A stretch of 63,260 nt of DNA, counting the filler, from Collodictyon triciliatum (lineage: Eukaryota), in the NCBI GenBank assembly GCA_043381765.1. It is 5 parts of 5 records of this genome, joined end to end, with 100 filler letters (N's around TTAATTAATTAA, not from the genome) between each part and the next. Parts side by side here need not be neighbours in the genome. Positions count along the whole stretch, not along the records: positions 26,535 to 38,540 come from JBHJMP010002040.1; positions 38,641 to 51,800 come from JBHJMP010002041.1; 3 more parts are not named here. The stretch is one strand, 5' to 3'. Every line of letters begins with the position of its first letter. The first letter of the stretch is position 1. Below are positions 27,376-46,647 of this stretch, piece by piece. A program made the translations under genes and the position numbers. The notes below the pieces were generated by a model. It worked only from the letters and a program-made list of their open reading frames with translations, was not told the origin of the DNA and did no database searches.

Positions 27376-29090
27376 ATGGTGTCCCTCGCCACTAAGCTCG
27401 TTGTGCTGCTGGCCTTCGTCGCTGCCGCCTCTGCCTGTGCGTTTGTGTCCACCCCACCCCACCCGTCCCACCACAACCCGACGCAATGATACCAACGACT
27501 GCGTCTAACCACCCTTCCACCCTTCCTCCACCCGCAGTGCCCGTCTACGAATGGGAGAAGATGCCCGACGCCCCCATCGACCCGTTCTCGTTCGACCTGT
27601 TCATCATCGGCGGCGTCGAGAGCACCCCCTACTCCCGCCCCGTACGCTGCTCCCTACTCTGCATCCCCTGCTCTCTGACTCTGACTCTGACTCTGACTCT
27701 GACTCTGACTCTGACTCTGACTCTGACTCTAACTTGACTCCAACCTGACTCTGACCTCCACCCCGTCCACAGTGGATCACTGCCATCGCCTCCCCGGGCA
27801 CGGGCTCCGCCTACAGCCGCCAGTTCTGCGGAGGCTCCCTGATTGATCCCAACTGGGTCCTGACAGCCGTAAGCGCGCCCTCCCCATTCGCCCCACAGAT
27901 ACCGCATACGGCATGACCGCGCAATCCCCACAGGCCCACTGCTGCTCCTCCGGCGCCTCTGGCTACGAGCTGCACATCGCACGCCACGACCTCAGCGCCG
28001 CCAGCGAAGCCGGACAGGAAGTGCGCCGCGGTCTGTGCCCCTCTCTCGCCCCGCCTCCTCCCCTCCTTCCACCCGCCTGACCCGCCTCTGCCCTGCGCAG
28101 TCACCCGCGTGGTCAAGCACCCCAGCTACAACTCCCGCACCCTGGCCAACGACGCCTGCCTGCTCCAGCTCGACTCTGCCGCCCGCACAAAGCCCGTCGT
28201 CATGATCCAGCCCACCCAGTAAGCGCCCCTCCTGCGGCCCAGTCCTCTCTGTCTCTTTATCTCCCTCTCTCAATCTCTGTCTCTTTGCCTCTCAGCCTCT
28301 TCATCTCTTTGTCTATTTATCTCAATCTCCCCTCACTCCACCCGCCCCTGCAGGTCCTCCCTGGAAGCCCCCGGAACCCTCGGCACCGTTGCCGGCTGGG
28401 GAAACACAAAGTCCAGCGTGAGTGACGCCGCAAACCTTATACACGCTCGCCCTGTTCTTTCCCTCACCGCACACACTCCCACCACACAGGGCACACCCAG
28501 CTATCCCCCCCGCCTCCGCGAAGTGAACGTGCCCGTTGTCTCGTAGGCCTTCTGTTCCTGTTCTTTTTAGACCTACCTGTGCTGTTCAATGTCCTCAGCC
28601 GTGCCATAACACACACTCGCTCACCCTCACCAAACCCCACAGCTACACTCAGTGCACAGCCACTGGCGCATACGGCTCCAGCCAGATCACCGCTGACATG
28701 CTGTGTGCCGGATACAAGGAGGGAGGAAAGGACTCCTGCCAGGTGCGTCTCTCTCTGGACTCCCCTCTTCTCTCTCTCTCGTCCGTCTTCTTCGCACACA
28801 TGCTCACACCCATCCCGTCATCCCCAGGGTGACAGCGGAGGCCCATACTTTGTCAAGAGCGGCACCTCAGACGTCCTCGTCGGGTAAGAGCTCTTTTCTT
28901 TTTAAAACCATCCCACTACTTCCCCATTTCCGTGTGTTTATCCCGCTCTGCCTGCAGTGTTGTCTCCTGGGGTGAAGGTTGCGCCCAGCCCAACAAGTAC
29001 GGAGTCTACAGCCGCGTCGCTTCGGCTTACAACTGGATCCGCAGCACCATCGGCGGAGAGATCGATGCCCAGCCCGAGGAGTTCAACTAA
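27376..29090 (+). CDS. Secreted trypsin-like serine protease (S1A), 10 coding exons
   Basis: Signal peptide, [51 protein letters not shown] (Asp S1 pocket), [20 protein letters not shown]. Stop TAA at 29088-29090. Confidence 0.95.
27672..27730. repeat. (CTCTGA)n microsatellite, intronic
   Basis: Seen directly. Confidence 0.9.
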
Positions 29091-30518
29091 GCGCCTCCAG
29101 ACCTCTGCCCATAAAATAGACTGCTGCCTGGCAAAAGTATCGTCCGTCTCCTGTGTGCGTGCATGTGTGTGCCTGTGTGTGTCTGCTTATGTCGGCGTCT
29201 CTTGTGTCATGGGCATCCAGCCCACCTTGGCCGCCTGTCCATACCAAAAGAGCCACCCTCGGCACCAAAAGTGCGGTACATCTGTGGCGAAAACAGGCTG
29301 CAGAAGCCCAACACTTTCCACCAGCCTCGCCACACACTATCGCAACCAGAGGCACTATTCGCCGCCAACAAGTCGGTATGCAAGCGCTATATGTTAGAAG
29401 GAAAGCGCCTTTACGTAGCATTCTGGTCTGCACATGTATCAGTCGTAATGGAAAAGGGTGTTTGGGACGGGTTCATTCATGAAGGAGCATTTCGTCGGGA
29501 TTTGGCATTCTTTCCCTGGCACAACACAGCCTTCACCTTTTTCTTATTTCCTCACACATCTTTGCTTTCCTTGTTGCAAGATAAAAAAAACCTACATAAA
29601 CAACAGAAGAGCACATTCAAGTCCGCCAATGCCCTCCTTCCTTCTTGCGAACCAAACTGTCTCCCTCGAGGAGTTCTCCCGCATCGTCTACTCCAAGGTA
29701 ACTCTGCCGATCTTTACCCAAACATTTTCTTTTTTTAACCAGACAAAGTCTCTTTCCTCCTGAAAAAAAAAAGTCTGTTCACATGAGCCCACAGTCTTTC
29801 TCTTTGAATGACCACTTTCAGCTCTCTCAATAAATCATTTCCCATCACGGGTTTACATTTTTATATATATTTACTTTTATTATGATTGTTTGACTGCTCA
29901 TGAATTAAGTTTGTTAGAAAGTTTGAATTTCGAGTATTTGCTATTGTCGAATATCACGGCAAAAGCAAGAACACTCTCCAAGTGACATACAATTCTTGCG
30001 ATGAAATGCGTAGGATAATATTGATCTGGATANNNNNNNNNNNNNNNNNNNNNNNNNNNNNNNNNNNNNNNNNNNNNNNNNNNNNNNNNNNNNNNNNNNN
30101 NNNNNNNNNNNNNNNNNNNNNNNNNNNNNNNNNNNNNNNNNNNNNNNNNNNNNNNNNNNNNNNNNNNNNNNNNNNNNNNNNNNNNNNNNNNNNNNNNNNN
30201 NNNNNNNNNNNNNNNNNNNNNNNNNNNNNNNNNNNNNNNNNNNNNNNNNNNNNNNNNNNNNNNNNNNNNNNNNNNNNNNNNNNNNNNNNNNNNNNNNNNN
30301 NNNNNNNNNNNNNNNNNNNNNNNNNNNNNNNNNNNNNNNNNNNNNNNNNNNNNNNNNNNNNNNNNNNNNNNNNNNNNNNNNNNNNNNNNNNNNNNNNNNN
30401 NNNNNNNNNNNNNNNNNNNNNNNNNNNNNNNNNNNNNNNNNNNNNNNNNNNNNNNNNNNNNNNNNNNNNNNNNNNNNNNNNNNNNNNNATAGTAGTCATG
30501 TTTCATGTTTTAATTTAG

Positions 30519-37235
<6,717 letters not shown>

Positions 37236-37941
37236 ACAACGCAGCCCCCACGCAGACTCGCACCAGGGTCTCTTCTCCAGTAAACGAGACCCACAAAGCA
37301 CCGAAAAAGAACACTGCCGACCCAGTGACTCCGTCTTTGGTATCATCCTTTATTGTTCCCGAAAAGCACTGCCGGATGGATTCTGATAAGAGAGCGGAGG
37401 CGAAAGGGAGTCGAGTAGGAATGGAGAAGGTGTGGGGCAGAAAGGAGGCCCAACAACAGCAGGCGAAAAGACAGACAATGCAGAGTACACAAAGTTTACA
37501 AACAGGCGAGGCACGAGTAGATTCTCGCGCTGGTAAGTCGTACCTGGTTCCATGTGTGCAGCTCGCTTGCATTCTGCCGGCAGAGTCCCGCCAGGATTGT
37601 GTGGAAATGCAAGCGCAAGTGTGTCTGATTGTGCGAGTACGCACGGGGCTACTTGTATGGCGCCTTGTAGTCGTGGGTGGCCATGGTGGAGACCTTGTTG
37701 CCGCAACTGCGGTGGTCTGCTTGGTTCTGTCTGTCTCTGCTGTGGAGGCGTTTCCGCGGCAGCAGATGCGGTGTTTGGAGGAAAGAAGGATTTTGAGAAC
37801 GGGGTGGGTGTTTGGGCCGGAGTGTTGGCAGGATGATGCTTGTGCTTCGGGAGAGGCATACAAGAGGCGGCTTTTGCAGGTGTGCAGGTATGCGCAGATG
37901 CACACGGCCAGCGGGCGGCTGCAGAGACCGCCAGCCAGAGG

Positions 37942-38415
37942 CTAGTCCAGAAGGTGGACGTAGCCTGTAATCGGGGTTGCCGGGGCATACTTGGCCAGCG
38001 GCTCTTTGGGCAGGCGCGCTCCGTTTGCACCCAGGACGTGGGGGGCCTTTGCACCCAAAACCACTCCAATAATGCTGGCTGGGTCTGTCAAGTCTGCGCC
38101 GCTCATCTTGAACCACTTCTGCGCCGCATTCTCCTTGCCACACTTGCCGATGACAAGCGCTCCGTGCTCTGTGCCAGAGACGCGAATCATGATGCACTCG
38201 GTCCCTCCCACGCTCAGCGCGCATTCGGCCTCTTGTCGGCTCTGGAAGCCTTGGATGTAGCCCAAGTTCCAGAGCAGTTGGTGGATGGTGTTGCGTGCCA
38301 GGAGCTGAACTGTCGACCAGAGCCATTCCCAACAACAGCTTTGGAATAGCTGCACCTCGACCAGGGTCTGGAGGGTCAGTAGCCCTCCTGTGATGTGTGG
38401 TGGCGGAGGGAAGGG
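37942..38415 (-). CDS. Last exon of a STAT-like protein (linker-SH2 domain and C-terminal GY motif)
   Basis: CWEWLWSTVQLL..LWNLGYIQGFQSRQEAECAL..CIMIRVSGTEHGALVI parallels the STAT pattern FWxWF..W..G.I.GF..K..A..LL...GTFLLRFSDSE.GG. It ends ITGYVHLLD*. Upstream exons are lost at the contig end. Confidence 0.65.
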   Translation of the reverse strand, partial: PFPPPPHITGGLLTLQTLVEVQLFQSCCWEWLWSTVQLLARNTIHQLLWNLGYIQGFQSRQEAECALSVGGTECIMIRVSGTEHGALVIGKCGKENAAQKWFKMSGADLTDPASIIGVVLGAKAPHVLGANGARLPKEPLAKYAPATPITGYVHLLD

Positions 38416-38442
38416 CTGTTGAGAACCTCGTGCAGATAAGAA

Positions 38443-38443
<1 letters not shown>

Positions 38444-38540
<97 letters not shown>

Positions 38541-38740
38541 NNNNNNNNNNNNNNNNNNNNNNNNNNNNNNNNNNNNNNNNNNNNTTAATTAATTAANNNN
38601 NNNNNNNNNNNNNNNNNNNNNNNNNNNNNNNNNNNNNNNNGGTTTTTGGTTTTTGGTTTTTGGTTTTTGGTTTTTGGTTTTTGGTTTTTGGTTTTTGGTT
38701 TTTGGTTTTTGGTTTTTGGTTTTTGGTTTTTGGTTTTTGG
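38444..38740. repeat. (AAC)n and (GGTTTTT)n repeats flanking a linker
   Basis: Seen directly. Confidence 0.9.
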
Positions 38741-38834
38741 TTTGTTTTTTTACAACTTCTTTTTCCTTTATCCCTCATTTATTCATGAAACCTTGTGTGT
38801 CTCTTTCGCAGAGATGACATGTGGCGATGATGGG

Positions 38835-40050
38835 TTACGAATTGAGAGTGAGGTGGTGGAATACAGATGCATTCATGGCTCGCTCGGAAGCGCTCATTTT
38901 GTCTTGGGCCCGGTTCTCATGGATTTTTTGTCTGTTTGTGTAGCCATGTGGTTGGTATTTGTGAGTAGAACTTACGAACACCAACTTGTAAAACTTGATA
39001 AAGGCTTCATTGTATTTTGATTGGTAAATAACTGATTCACACTGGATAAAAAGAGAAAACATCACATGAAGTATATTTGGGTAGATGAAGTTGGAGTGGA
39101 TTGCATCGACGACATGGTTTGGTTTTTTTTTTTGGTTTTTTTTGGTTTGGTTTGGTTTGGTTGCGCTTGCATATCTTTTGAGATTAAGGCCCTCGCTTAC
39201 TGTAGCTGAGTGCGCAGCTGCTCGCCTTGAATTCTCCCTCTTTCTTGTGCAGAATCTCGTGTGAGCGCGTCTTGCCTAAACAAGGGAAGAAAATGGGGAG
39301 AGGAAGCCCACAATTATTGAATTAAGTCTATATGTTCTGGGCATCTTATTACGCACCCGTCTATACCGCAAGATTTTTTTATTAATTTTTTTTTTTTGGT
39401 GGCTATGGAATGAATTGGATGTGTATGGACATACTGATATGATGTTTTGTTTCTCTCCTTTGATGCCATTGCCTCTTGTTTTAGAACTTCTGCCTCATGC
39501 TCCTATTTTTAAAGAAAAATCCATTCAGTACCATGGATAGCATATACATTAGCTTTCTTTTCTCTTTTCTTTTATTTTATTTTCTTTTCTTTTCTTTTTC
39601 TTTTCTTTTCTTTTTCTTTTCTTTTCTTTTTCTTTTCTTTTTCTTTTCTTTTTCTTTTCTTTTTCTTTTCTTTTTCTTTTCTTTTTCTTTTCTTTTTCTT
39701 TTCTTTTTCTTTTCTTTTCTTTTCTTTTTCTTTTCTTTTTCTTTTCTTTTTCTTTTCTTTTTCTTTTTTCTTTTCTTTTTTCTTTTCTTTTCTTGTCTTT
39801 ATTTTTCTTTATTTTCTTTATTTTTCTTTATTTTCTTTGTTTTCTTTGTTTTTCTTTATTTTTCTCTCACTTGCTCTAGGTGCATGAGAATTTTACCTTG
39901 CGTTTCTTCTTTTCCTCCATTTGGTGAATTAGGGCCTGTTGTATGGCCATCTTTTCTTCTAGCGATTTAATTCTCATCTTTTGTTCTTTTTCCCTTAAAG
40001 CATCCAATTGTTTTTGTTGCTCAAACTTGTATTTATCTTCTTCCTGGCGA
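38835..40050 (-). CDS. Hypothetical coiled-coil protein exons (partial)
   Basis: QEEDKYKFEQQKQLDALREKEQKMRIKSLEEKMAIQQ, QDALTRDSAQERGRIQGEQLRTQLQ and QKIHENRAQDKM.., each with plausible splice sites. Confidence 0.35.
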
Positions 40051-40907
40051 TAAAAGAGTATGTGTGCATANNNNNNNNNNNNNNNNNNNNNNNNNNNNNN
40101 NNNNNNNNNNNNNNNNNNNNNNNNNNNNNNNNNNNNNNNNNNNNNNNNNNNNNNNNNNNNNNNNNNNNNNNNNNNNNNNNNNNNNNNNNNNNNNNNNNNN
40201 NNNNNNNNNNNNNNNNNNNNNNNNNNNNNNNNNNNNNNNNNNNNNNNNNNNNNNNNNNNNNNNNNNNNNNNNNNNNNNNNNNNNNNNNNNNNNNNNNNNN
40301 NNNNNNNNNNNNNNNNNNNNNNNNNNNNNNNNNNNNNNNNNNNNNNNNNNNNNNNNNNNNNNNNNNNNNNNNNNNNNNNNNNNNNNNNNNNNNNNNNNNN
40401 NNNNNNNNNNNNNNNNNNNNNNNNNNNNNNNNNNNNNNNNNNNNNNNNNNNNNNNNNNNNNNNNNNNNNNNNNNNNNNNNNNNNNNNNNNNNNNNNNNNN
40501 NNNNNNNNNNNNNNNNNNNNNNNNNNNNNNNNNNNNNNNNNNNNNNNNNNNNNNNNNNNNNNNNNNNNNNNNNNNNNNNNNNNNNNNNNNNNNNNNNNNN
40601 NNNNNNNNNNNNNNNNNNNNNNNNNNNNNNNNNNNNNNNNNNNNNNNNNNNNNNNNNNNNNNNNNNNNNNNNNNNNNNNNNNNNNNNNNNNNNNNNNNNN
40701 NNNNNNNNNNNNNNNNNNNNNNNNNNNACGCGAATGCAATTAAATAAAACCGATGAAGTAAATAAAACATAGAGAACAAATAAAAGTCAGAAAAATATTT
40801 GTGACTGATAGAAGAAAGTTGCTATAAAAATGCGCCATTTACGACTCATGGTCTTTCTTGTTGGCCCATAAGATCCCTATGAACGATAACGTTTACTGCA
40901 ATCAATA

Positions 40908-41488
40908 ATGGCAAACGAATCCCCAAACCTCGAATAACTACAGAAACTTACTGGGAACTCCAACATTGCTTCCCACCTTAGTCGCACATTCCTCAGCCTC
41001 CAGTTCAGAAACCTTACATCTGTGCCACTTGATGTCTTCACCCTTCACACGCTTGATTCAATTATACCTTTATAACAACCAATTACCATCTCTACCTCCA
41101 TACATATTGTAACTGACCAGAGTTACTTATCTCGGCCTCAATGGAGACCATATATCGTCTCTACCGGCAGAGATATCCCACTTGACTAGCCTGACATATC
41201 TTTGCGTTCACAGCAACCAAGTACAGATACTCTTTTATTTTACACTCACGAAACACGATATGAGACTAAGAGTAATTGTGTTAGCATTTGGAAAAGCTTA
41301 CACTTCAAATCACAGCCCTTACAAACCTGAGGGAGTTGCGAAACGAGTATCAGGAAAGGATTAGCATTAAGAGAGCACCGCGCGGAATAACAAGCCTCCC
41401 ATGTTGGAATAATTATGAGAGTCCTTACGCGGGTATGACCATGAGTTTCTCTAAGGCTCTTCGGAAATTGCAGCTCTATCCTCATTAA
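40908..41488 (+). pseudogene. Leucine-rich repeat pseudogene
   Basis: LSLQFRNLTSVPLDVFTL, frameshift, TRLIQLYLYNNQLPSLPPYIL*LTRVTYLGLNGDHISSLPAEISHLTSLTYLCVHSNQ, intron, HLEKLTLQITALTNLREL. TAA at 40935 and 41110. Confidence 0.8.
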
Positions 41489-42119
41489 TTATTGAACCGC
41501 TGTAATCTTTTTCAAAGAAAATCTGTAGCGAGAATATATCTGGGCATTAACCATAAATCTGAAAGAAAATCATGAATTATAAATCAAGAGAGCAGTGCCC
41601 GATAATTAAGCTATCTGATTTGTGTGATTGCAAACTTTGTTTTTTTTCCGGGAGATTAATCATGACTGAAAGATATTTTTGGATATTTTTTTCTTGCTAT
41701 ATGTTTTGTTACTTCCTTTCAAGCAAGCGGGTGGCAGAATGCAGTTTTCGGTAATGTGTTTTACCAAAATTTTAGCAAAATCAAATATTTGTTATTGCCC
41801 CAAGAACAGCCTTAGTTGAATGCATATTCGCCTCATTAATTATACCATGCCATAGGCCCACAGAATGCTTTAACTGAATGCAAGCACCGTTTAATTTATT
41901 TGCACGAATATCGCACACAAATAGCATAACATAATGAGATTGTGCAAAGAAAATGAGATATTTTACATAGGTAATGGGTGCTTTCGTTCAATATTTCCTC
42001 ATTTTCTTAGATTCTTATTGGAGAACATCACTTGCTTAAATTATTTTTTTTAACTAAATCGTCATGATTTCACTTTATGTTAGTGGGTAACTTTTTATTT
42101 AATTTTGAATCATCCGTGA

Positions 42120-42552
42120 AACGCACCCGCATTCTTCGCTACTTTGACTGCAAGCGAAGAGAGATGTGGGATTGTGTCGTGCGATATCTCTTCAGCATAT
42201 CCAACCCCTGCTACCCACGCAACCAATTAACCAGTTGGGTCGCCCTTCCAGTGCTACCCTCTCCACGGTAGTGTCTTCCCCTACTCGCGTTTGCTCTCTC
42301 CCATGCGCTCCCATCCCGCCCCTTTGTATGGCATAACCTCGCTACACTTTGAATCGAATAAAGGAAAAAAAAAACCAGTTGGGTCGCCCACCTGACCAAC
42401 TCGCTATCACTGATTTGTTTCCAGTGCTAGCCTCTCCACGGTAGCGTCTTCTCTTACTCGCGTTTGCTTTCCACCATGCGCACCTATCTCACCCCTTTGT
42501 ATGGCATAACCTCGATGCACTTTGAATCGAATAAAGGAAAAAAAAAAAAAAG
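42120..42552 (+). mobile_element. Two head-to-tail 5'-truncated copies of LINE family A
   Basis: 42120-42374 and 42375-42552 both match the reverse complement of about 2760-2985 and end in TTTGAATCGAATAAAGG-poly(A). Confidence 0.85.
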
Positions 42553-42797
42553 TGAAATACTCCCAAACAAACTATATATATCGATGGAACCATTCAGTCC
42601 AGTCTGAACCCCTGCCAAAACTATGCATAGAAGATTATTTTTTTCCCAGTGTTGGAATTTTTTTCAAAGAGAACCATCGAATATAATTTGTTTAATGTGT
42701 TCAATATATGCACCAAACTATAATTTGGGCAAGCTTCATGGAAAAAAAGATACATACATTAAGATTTCAAGCTTATGCCGCATGAGTCTACATCGTG

Positions 42798-42824
42798 TTT
42801 TTTTCCCCTTTATTTGATTCAAAG
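42798..42824 (-). mobile_element. Ultra-short 3' end of LINE family A
   Basis: Reverse complement CTTTGAATCAAATAAAGGGG-A7, flanked by TCTACATCGT at 42787-42796 and 42829-42838. Confidence 0.65.
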
Positions 42825-43261
42825 AGTCTCTACATCGTATTAGATTTAACAAGGCACGTTATATACAAACTTTTCTTTATTTTTTTTTTTGGTTTTTTGC
42901 AGGATGGCAGGGATGTTGGCACGTTACATATGTACTTAAATTACTGCCTCTATGTTAAGGGATGTTAATTGAGTTGTAAATGCATTCACTATTAGCTATT
43001 TATCCAATTGTAAAACCTCCTCGACATTGAAGGTCCGGGGCTAATCAAAATATCTTTAATTCCCTAAGAAGCCATGGGACTTCAAAGTGATACCCAGATG
43101 CAAATCTATAACCACGTTTCGTAATAGTGAGAAAAGGTAGAAACAATACACAAAATTGAAAGAAAAATCTATCAACACCATTAAAAATGTAGTAATGGAG
43201 TGTTTACTCTGATTCAAAAAAATTTCACATATGAAGGTCGGCTATCAAACAAGTGTTATTT

Positions 43262-43340
43262 TTTTTTTTCTTCCTTTATTCGATTCAAAGTGTAGCGAGG
43301 TTATGCCATACAACGGGGCGGGATGGGAGCGCATGGGAGG
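43262..43340 (-). mobile_element. 5'-truncated LINE family A insertion with a target-site duplication
   Basis: Matches the family 3' UTR and tail. Direct repeat AACAAGTGTTATTT at 43248-43261 and 43341-43354. Confidence 0.85.
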
Positions 43341-44130
43341 AACAAGTGTTATTTATTAATCAAATAAACGAAAAAGTACTTGTATTCAGAGCTAGTATTT
43401 CCCTTATGTGCATCATAAAGATCAATTGATTTCTATAAGTTTTTTTTGATAATATTGTCATCCCATCCATTGAAATAGTGTTTTGTAATTACCAATGAAT
43501 AGATGGCTTCGAGTTAATGAGATAACAACACACACCCAAAAAAAAATCCGGCAAGCGATCCTATTCTTCTTGTGTGCATCTTGGGTGATAGCTTTTGTCT
43601 ATAAAAGCTCCACAAAATTCAGAGAAGGTCAGACGGTAGCACAGAAAAGAAGGAAATATGACCGTATATGAAGAAGAGAATTGTATCACATTTTCTTGAG
43701 CAAGATATATTAACTACAGTTAAATAGCCTCCATCGCTATGACAGGAGAGTGATCAACAGAAAACTAACCACTTCAAACCATACACATGAAACAACATCA
43801 CCGAAAGAAAAAATCATCCAGTACATACTGCGTGTTTGAAAAAGTTTTTAAGTGCATGCCGAGGATATGTATTCAGATAATGAAAAAAAACTGCCGATTT
43901 TTAGAATTACGGTGGCTCATTTAATATAGTTTTTATGATTGTTTCCTGGCCCTCTCAAGTTCGAATACCCGCATGATTCTATATGATATTTCTAATTATT
44001 ATCATCGCTGCTGAGCTATTCCTTAACAGAAAATTTGTATCAACACGAAACGCATAAAAAGCAATATAAATGACTGCCAATTGCCTGGTAAACAATTGAA
44101 TGAGCTCGATATTAATAATATGGAAATACT

Positions 44131-45606
44131 TCAATTATCCAACTCGGTAGCCTCTGAAACAGAATGAATTGTTCTCTTGCGTGGGTTGGGTGCTGGCATA
44201 GCCCATGAAAATATAGCGAACCAAAAAGAAAAAAAGAAGAGAAGAAATGAAAGATAATTCATTTTTTATGAAATAAGTATCAATATTTATCGAAGATACA
44301 ATTGACAGAGTGAGAATAAACGAACCGTTTACGTTCACTCTAGAATAAAACCTTCGAAATAAGTCTACGGCTTCCTTCTCGTAAATTCCCTTAACACATT
44401 CGTACGACCTGCCATGTGGCATCTGATGCCTTTTGTGATTTTTTTTAAATGCATAAATGTATATTTATTTGCTTAACGATACATCTTAACTTTTTTGGTA
44501 TGATATAAATGATTCATATTTATTCTTTTCTTTTAAAAAATTCGATTATAGGCAGCTGATTGGTGAGTTTAGATTAACCTCAGCTCTTGCTATTATCATC
44601 ATTATTAACATCATTATTGTTATTATTATTACAATTTGTGCAAGATAAGGGGGTTTACCCTTCGCTAGCCATTTAAGCTTTAAGTTACTATCACAACCCA
44701 TGAAAGCATACCCATTTTCATGAACGCTATAGATAGAACCACATCCACCAAATCTTTCATTACTGCATCCAAAATATACCTTTCCGATATCTGCAAAATA
44801 AGTGTGATGTTTCGTTTGAAATTCATTTAACAATCCATTATTTTAACCACTTAGATGAATCAAAACTAGAAATATTCATTTTGTATTAACTGATATGCCC
44901 CAATGCAGACGCGCACATAACACATGGCTCACACGTAACGTACAGCTCAGCTCTTTGCCAATCTTCTCTGGACATCGCCATCTTTGAAAGGATTTCATCT
45001 ATGGCCTCAAATTCTGCGTGTCGAGTAGCCTTTTTTGATATTTTAGTTATTCAAAGAAAAATAAAATTGTCAAATGATACTATGTTATCTATATATTTTG
45101 GATTCTTAGATATATATTATACATTCTTTTTCATATTTGTTCGATTTCCGCCACGGCCGATGATATGACCATTAAGAACAATTACACAGCCAACAGGGAC
45201 TTCTCTTAGTGAATATGCTATGGACGCCTACTTACCGTTTGGCAATTCATTATTCATTCAAATATTTTTAAAGTTCAACTAAAATGTGTAAAAGTTGTAA
45301 GCTAGGGTTTTTCTTATAAGGGTGAATGAAATGATAAATAACTAATCGTGCAAGAATTAATCTGCTATTTTAATTTCAAACCCCCAATATTTTAGTAATA
45401 TTATGTGTATTGTGTGATTGCTTGTATATCATGGATATTATATTACATGAGTACATTGAAATGAAAAATACAGTTTTGATTAAGCTAGAGTGACATATGT
45501 TGATTCCAAATGAGAAATTGAAGGCAGAAAAAAAAACTTGTTCTAATGCTTGCTTCATGAAATAGTCTATGGACGGTTTACTCGATTCATTTCCTGTCTC
45601 AGCCAT
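44131..45606 (-). CDS. ADAT2: tRNA-specific adenosine-34 deaminase catalytic subunit (Tad2), 6 exons
   Basis: FMKQALEQA..EVPVGCVIV..NATRHAEFEAID..LYVTCEPCVMCASAL..VYFGCSNERFGGCGSI..EAVDLFRRFY..NAPNPR. Stop TGA at 44131-44133. Confidence 0.93.
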
Positions 45607-46647
45607 CCTCACAGTTCTCTAATGTAGNNNNNNNNNNNNNNNNNNNNNNNNNNNNNNNNNNNNNNNNNNNNNNNNNNNNNNNNNNNNNNNNNNNNNNNNN
45701 NNNNNNNNNNNNNNNNNNNNNNNNNNNNNNNNNNNNNNNNNNNNNNNNNNNNNNNNNNNNNNNNNNNNNNNNNNNNNNNNNNNNNNNNNNNNNNNNNNNN
45801 NNNNNNNNNNNNNNNNNNNNNNNNNNNNNNNNNNNNNNNNNNNNNNNNNNNNNNNNNNNNNNNNNNNNNNNNNNNNNNNNNNNNNNNNNNNNNNNNNNNN
45901 NNNNNNNNNNNNNNNNNNNNNNNNNNNNNNNNNNNNNNNNNNNNNNNNNNNNNNNNNNNNNNNNNNNNNNNNNNNNNNNNNNNNNNNNNNNNNNNNNNNN
46001 NNNNNNNNNNNNNNNNNNNNNNNNNNNNNNNNNNNNNNNNNNNNNNNNNNNNNNNNNNNNNNNNNNNNNNNNNNNNNNNNNNNNNNNNNNNNNNNNNNNN
46101 NNNNNNNNNNNNNNNNNNNNNNNNNNNNNNNNNNNNNNNNNNNNNNNNNNNNNNNNNNNNNNNNNNNNNNNNNNNNNNNNNNNNNNNNNNNNNNNNNNNN
46201 NNNNNNNNNNNNNNNNNNNNNNNNNNNNNNNNNNNNNNNNNNNNNNNNNNNNNNNNNNNNNNNNNNNNNNNNNNNNNNNNNNNNNNNNNNNNNNNNNNNN
46301 NNNNNNNNNNNNNNNNNNNNNNNNNNNNNNNNNNNNNNNNNNNNNNNNNNNNNNNNNNNNNNNNNNNNNNNNNNNNNNNNNNNNNNNNNNNNNNNNNNNN
46401 NNNNNNNNNNNNNNNNNNNNNNNNNNNNNNNNNNNNNNNNNNNNNNNNTGTCTAGTACAGCGAAAGCGCGAAAAAGAAGCACAAAAACGCTTTAGGTGCT
46501 ACAGAGCTAAAAAAAAAAAATAAAAAAAAATGGAGAGGCAGTAAAAGAGTGCTGGCGTAAGTCACACAAGCTAGCGAGCAGGTTTAAATGGATATACTCA
46601 GTCTCTTTCAAATAGTACCCCGCTTTGGAAAGGAAAAAAAAAATGCA

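Noticed and set aside
38641-38740. (GGTTTTT)n as a telomeric repeat
   Set aside because: One of many different simple repeats at contig ends in this window; nothing marks it as telomeric.
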